A DNA stretch of 64,000 nucleotides from Octopus sinensis (lineage: Eukaryota), in assembly GCF_006345805.1 (NCBI RefSeq), contig NC_042997.1, forward strand, positions 56,668,001 through 56,732,000, read 5' to 3'. The first letter of the stretch is position 1, and every line of letters starts with the position of its first letter. Positions 59,998-64,000 of the stretch are shown here, in pieces. A program made the translations under genes and the position numbers. Below the pieces are notes generated by a model. The model saw nothing but the letters and a program-made list of their open reading frames with translations, did not search any database and was not told the origin of the DNA.

Positions 59998-62900
59998 CTG
60001 AAAGAGAAATCCAGCAAATCACTAGGCATTAATCTCATACAAATGAATATATATTCACAAGAGAAATAAGAAATTTTTATATACAAGTGAAGAAAGACAA
60101 AGACAGATACAGCAATTATTATCATTATCAATAAAACCACAAGGGGGGTGTGTGTGTGGGGGGGGGGTTAATTCTAATTACTACAATATGTTGTACCCCT
60201 GGACAAGGCATTTAACATTGCTTGTTACATGGATAAATAAGTTTTATCTTTTTCTATAATTGAGTGGTTAGCAACGTAAAAAACATTAAATGTTAAAAGT
60301 GATTCAAAAAAATGTATGCAAATGCTCAACCTTACAGAAGCTCTTTTAGCCATACTATCACTGAAAAATAAAGGTCAAAATAGTAATAAATTAGAAAAAC
60401 TACAAATATCTTAAAATTCCTTCATCTACTTTCTTTGACAGTTAGATGCAAAATTAAAAATTAGAAAAAAAAAATCAATTTAGCATGACAAATAACTGTA
60501 GAATGAGAATAGCAGTAGCAGAATGACACAGGTTAGCTGCAATGGATCCTGATCAGTAAAAGGACAGACATTTTAGAAGAGGAATATAATTGATTAACTT
60601 GAATAATATGTGATGAAATTTATTCTAATGACCCTGAAAGAATGTAAAGTAATGTTGAATTCCTGCTGTTGTATAGCATTCAACACAGATAATACTAAAT
60701 ACTGTAGGGCTCTTGTGCTAAACCATTTTTGTCACTCCACTACTTTCAAAAATAGCAGTAATAATAATAATGGTTTCAAATTTTGGCACAGGGCCAGCAG
60801 TTTTTGAGAGAAGGCGGGAAGATAACTACATCCACCCTAGTACTTGATGGTACTTATTTTATTAACCTCGAAAGGATGAGAGGCAGAGTTAACCTCAGCA
60901 GAATGTGAACTCAGAATGAAAAAATTGGATGAAATGCCACTGATCATTTTGTGGTATACAAACAGTTCTGCCAGCTTACCACCTCAACAATAATAACAAT
61001 TCTTTTACTATAGGTATTTCGTCCATCTTTACATTCTGAGTTCAAATTCCATTGAGGTTAATAAATTTTAACAGAATGATTGTAAAGCAGTTGAATTATA
61101 ATTAAGTCCTTGATATGTATGTTTTTTTATGAGACATTATTAATGATATGGCTTATGTTTAGCTCTGGTCTCAGTAATATTGGTTAGATAAGAAAAAAAA
61201 AAGGGGGGGGGCTTCTGCTGAGTTTTGAGCCATCACTCTCAGATTTCCCCAATTCAAGACCACAACCTAACATATTGCCATAAAATGCATTATCACCAAA
61301 CCTCAACCAATCAGCATAACAATAGCTGTTGTGGTGAACTTCAAAGGATATGAGTAAGCTTTCTCACCAACTAGCCTGATTAAAGGTTCTGGAAAATTTG
61401 GCATATGGTTATAAAAAAGTGAAAAATTCAACCTCAGACTGGTGCCACTCAGCATTCCACACAAACCTATGCCATTTTGCTCAGTAAGTTGGTCTCTCAC
61501 TGCCTTTCACTTTCCTAGCATGCTTACGTTGTGTTCAATAAAAAGTATTTTATAGGATATTAATAAACTGTTAAAGAATTGTCACAGATGAGTGAACAAA
61601 AGGTTGATTTCTTGAACAAAAGGGCTATAATGTGGGAGTCTGTTACTGGCACAGTGTTATATATTTAGAACAAACTATTTTTGCCTAATTATCCAGCAGC
61701 AAAATAGAAAAAGGAAATAGGCATTCATAGTGAAGACTGAGTAAGGATTCCAATAAAACTTATAGAGAAAATTATAGAGGAAATTCAACAAAATATATAG
61801 AGGAAATGCTCTAAAGAGGAGAAAAAAAATGAGAAAACCAGCAAAATCACCAAAATCAAGATTCATTTGTGTAAAAAATAAATAAGTAAATAAAAAATAT
61901 TATTAAGTTTGTATATTCAATATCAGGTGCAGTGGGGGTGATTTGTACCAGATGAAGAAAGGTTAGAGTGTGACAGAGAGACAGGAACAGGTGTCCTGCT
62001 ATAGAGGAGATACATGGTTACCTGGTCAGAGAGAGAGAGAGATCAAAATTGAGGACAGAAACAGATGTGTTACTGTAGAGGAGATACAGGGTTAGCCAGT
62101 CAGAGTGAGAGAGCAAGCGGGTGCAGGGGAGAGATGGGTAAAGAGCCAGGACATACTTACAAAGAACATTTGTCATTCAACATCTATTTTCCTTACCGGC
62201 AAGATTTGGATGGTTTGACAGGAGCTGGCAAGGCCGAAGCCATACCAGAGTCAATTGTGTTTTGGCATGGCTCCTACAATTGGTTGCCCTTCCCAATGCT
62301 AACCACTTTTACAGAATGTACTTGGTGCTTTTTACATGGCACCAGCAAGACAAAAAACCCTCAACTGGGGGGGGGGGTAGTACTGAGAGATAAGGTGGCT
62401 TTCTGCCAGTCGAAAGATTAAAGGTAGGGACAGAGATGGGTGCCTTGCTATAGGGTAGATACATGGATACCCCAGCTGGAAAAGAAAGGAGAATGAGTTA
62501 GAGAGTAAGATAAAGAGAGTGATAGTGAGAGAGATGGTGATGAAGATGTGTTTAGACATCATCATCATCATCGTTTAACGTCCGCTTTCCATGCTAGCAT
62601 GGGTTGGACGGTTCAACTGGGGTATGGGAAGCCAGAAGGCTGCACCAGGCCCAGTCTGATCTGGCAGTGTTTCTACAGCTGGATGCCCTTCCTAACGCCA
62701 ACCACTGTGAGTGTAGAGGGTGCTTTTTACGTGCCACCGGCAAGAGAGGTTTATACTGGGTAAGTGGGCAGGACAGAGGTGACTGTAGCAAATGAAGAAG
62801 GGAAATATAGGAGAAGCTCAGGGGCAGGGGTTTTGGTGAGGTTATTGGAGGTGATAGCAGATAAGTGAGGTGTTAATGATGGAGAGCAGTACAGAAGAGA

Positions 62901-63326
62901 GAAGACACAGAAAGAAGGTGATTGGTGAAGACAATAGGCAGGGAAATATAATGGGAAATGGAAGTGGTTCGGGGAGAGGGAAGAAAGGTGACTGAAAAAG
63001 CAGGGATATGTAGCATGTACCTATTCTGCTCTCAGGTGATAAAGAAGTGATGGATGCTAAGGGATGAAACATGTGGAGGGGGGATGTTTGATGGTGCAGA
63101 GGAAATGGAGGTGGGGATGAGGCCAAACCAAGGTAGTTTTATTATATAAAGTCTCATATGTTCTTCTCCTTTGGCATTTATTTAATTTCATATATATACT
63201 CTGTACTCAAATTTTTATTCTGAAGCATATTTATATTGAGTTCTAACACCAGAGTATTATCACCATGTGAATAATACTAACATCTCTCTCTCTCACACAC
63301 ACACACATACATATACATACCAGTAT

Positions 63327-63370
<44 letters not shown>

Positions 63371-64000
63371 TAGGATATAACTCCCCGAAGGTCATCTTTA
63401 AAACACTAATTAGCAAGCAGTAACAAGAATAGTAGGATAAGAGAATGTAAAATTGCTTCATATTTATGAGGCTAAAAGTGCAAAAGATTACACAAAAATA
63501 TCAACAACATCCATCCTTATCTGACAATGCATTTGCTTCATTTGCCATGAACTAAATTCAGACACGTTTCTGATAATTACATAATACACACAACAAGAGA
63601 AAGCAATATATGCTGAGTTCTCAGAATATTATGTTCAAGGGCAATAGTATTTCCAGAAGAAATGCTTCACAACATTTCTACCCTACGAATATCCTAGTAC
63701 AAAACTCAAAGGGATAAATTTCATTTTTCATTTCCACCCCATTAATAAAGTAAGCACTAAGAATACACCAGAGTTAATTTGGCAATACTCCAACCTTTAA
63801 AATAAGTTGGCTTTATGCCTTTTAAACATCAGTGGTGGAACAAACAATAGTAGTGTGTTGGATTAAATGCATTACAGTATCTCGTGATATCCTCCTCAGT
63901 CCCAAGATAAAACAAATAGTTGTTATATTCAAGTTGATTCCATCTAACACTTCCCACCTCTACAAATCTAATGAGGTAAAATGAGTTTGAAACATGTCTA

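Noticed and set aside
61399-61466. Minus-strand tag|GLCGMLSGTSLRL, resembling the missing upstream AASS exon (GMINILHGxGLRL)
   Set aside because: Similarity collapses after LRL (no GHHTPF) and there is no GT donor at the expected 68 bp. The real exon is probably beyond 64000.
61675-61866. Hydrophobic 63-aa minus-strand ORF
   Set aside because: It reflects A-rich composition, with no splice or homology support.

Overview
AT-rich eukaryotic genomic DNA, most likely an octopus (inferred from the tRNA-derived SINE families, RTE LINE 3' ends with (GAT)n tails and dense TA/CA microsatellites). Two convergent genes are present. On the + strand are the last two coding exons of POFUT1 (3096-3323, 5881-6069; C-terminus NEEL). 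On the - strand are 19 coding exons of AASS (LKR/SDH), from 59997 down to the stop at 8435 (2256 nt, 751 aa); its 5' exons lie beyond the window. The introns hold SINEs, RTE and CR1 LINE fragments, an RLE-type retroelement relic, Helitron pieces, MITEs and a full-length decayed mariner nested in an RTE copy. The most unusual signal is a recurring set of foldback structures carrying hammerhead-ribozyme (HHR) cores of the Penelope-like-element type. The clearest is a 165-bp-arm, near-perfect palindrome (35859-36195) with a complete outward-facing HHR motif in each arm. A second HHR-bearing foldback follows at 36298-36723, and a sense-strand HHR candidate lies about 140 nt upstream of a POFUT1 acceptor. 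Ribozyme activity and novelty cannot be established from sequence alone. Almost all ORFs in the supplied track are artefacts of microsatellites or repeats.
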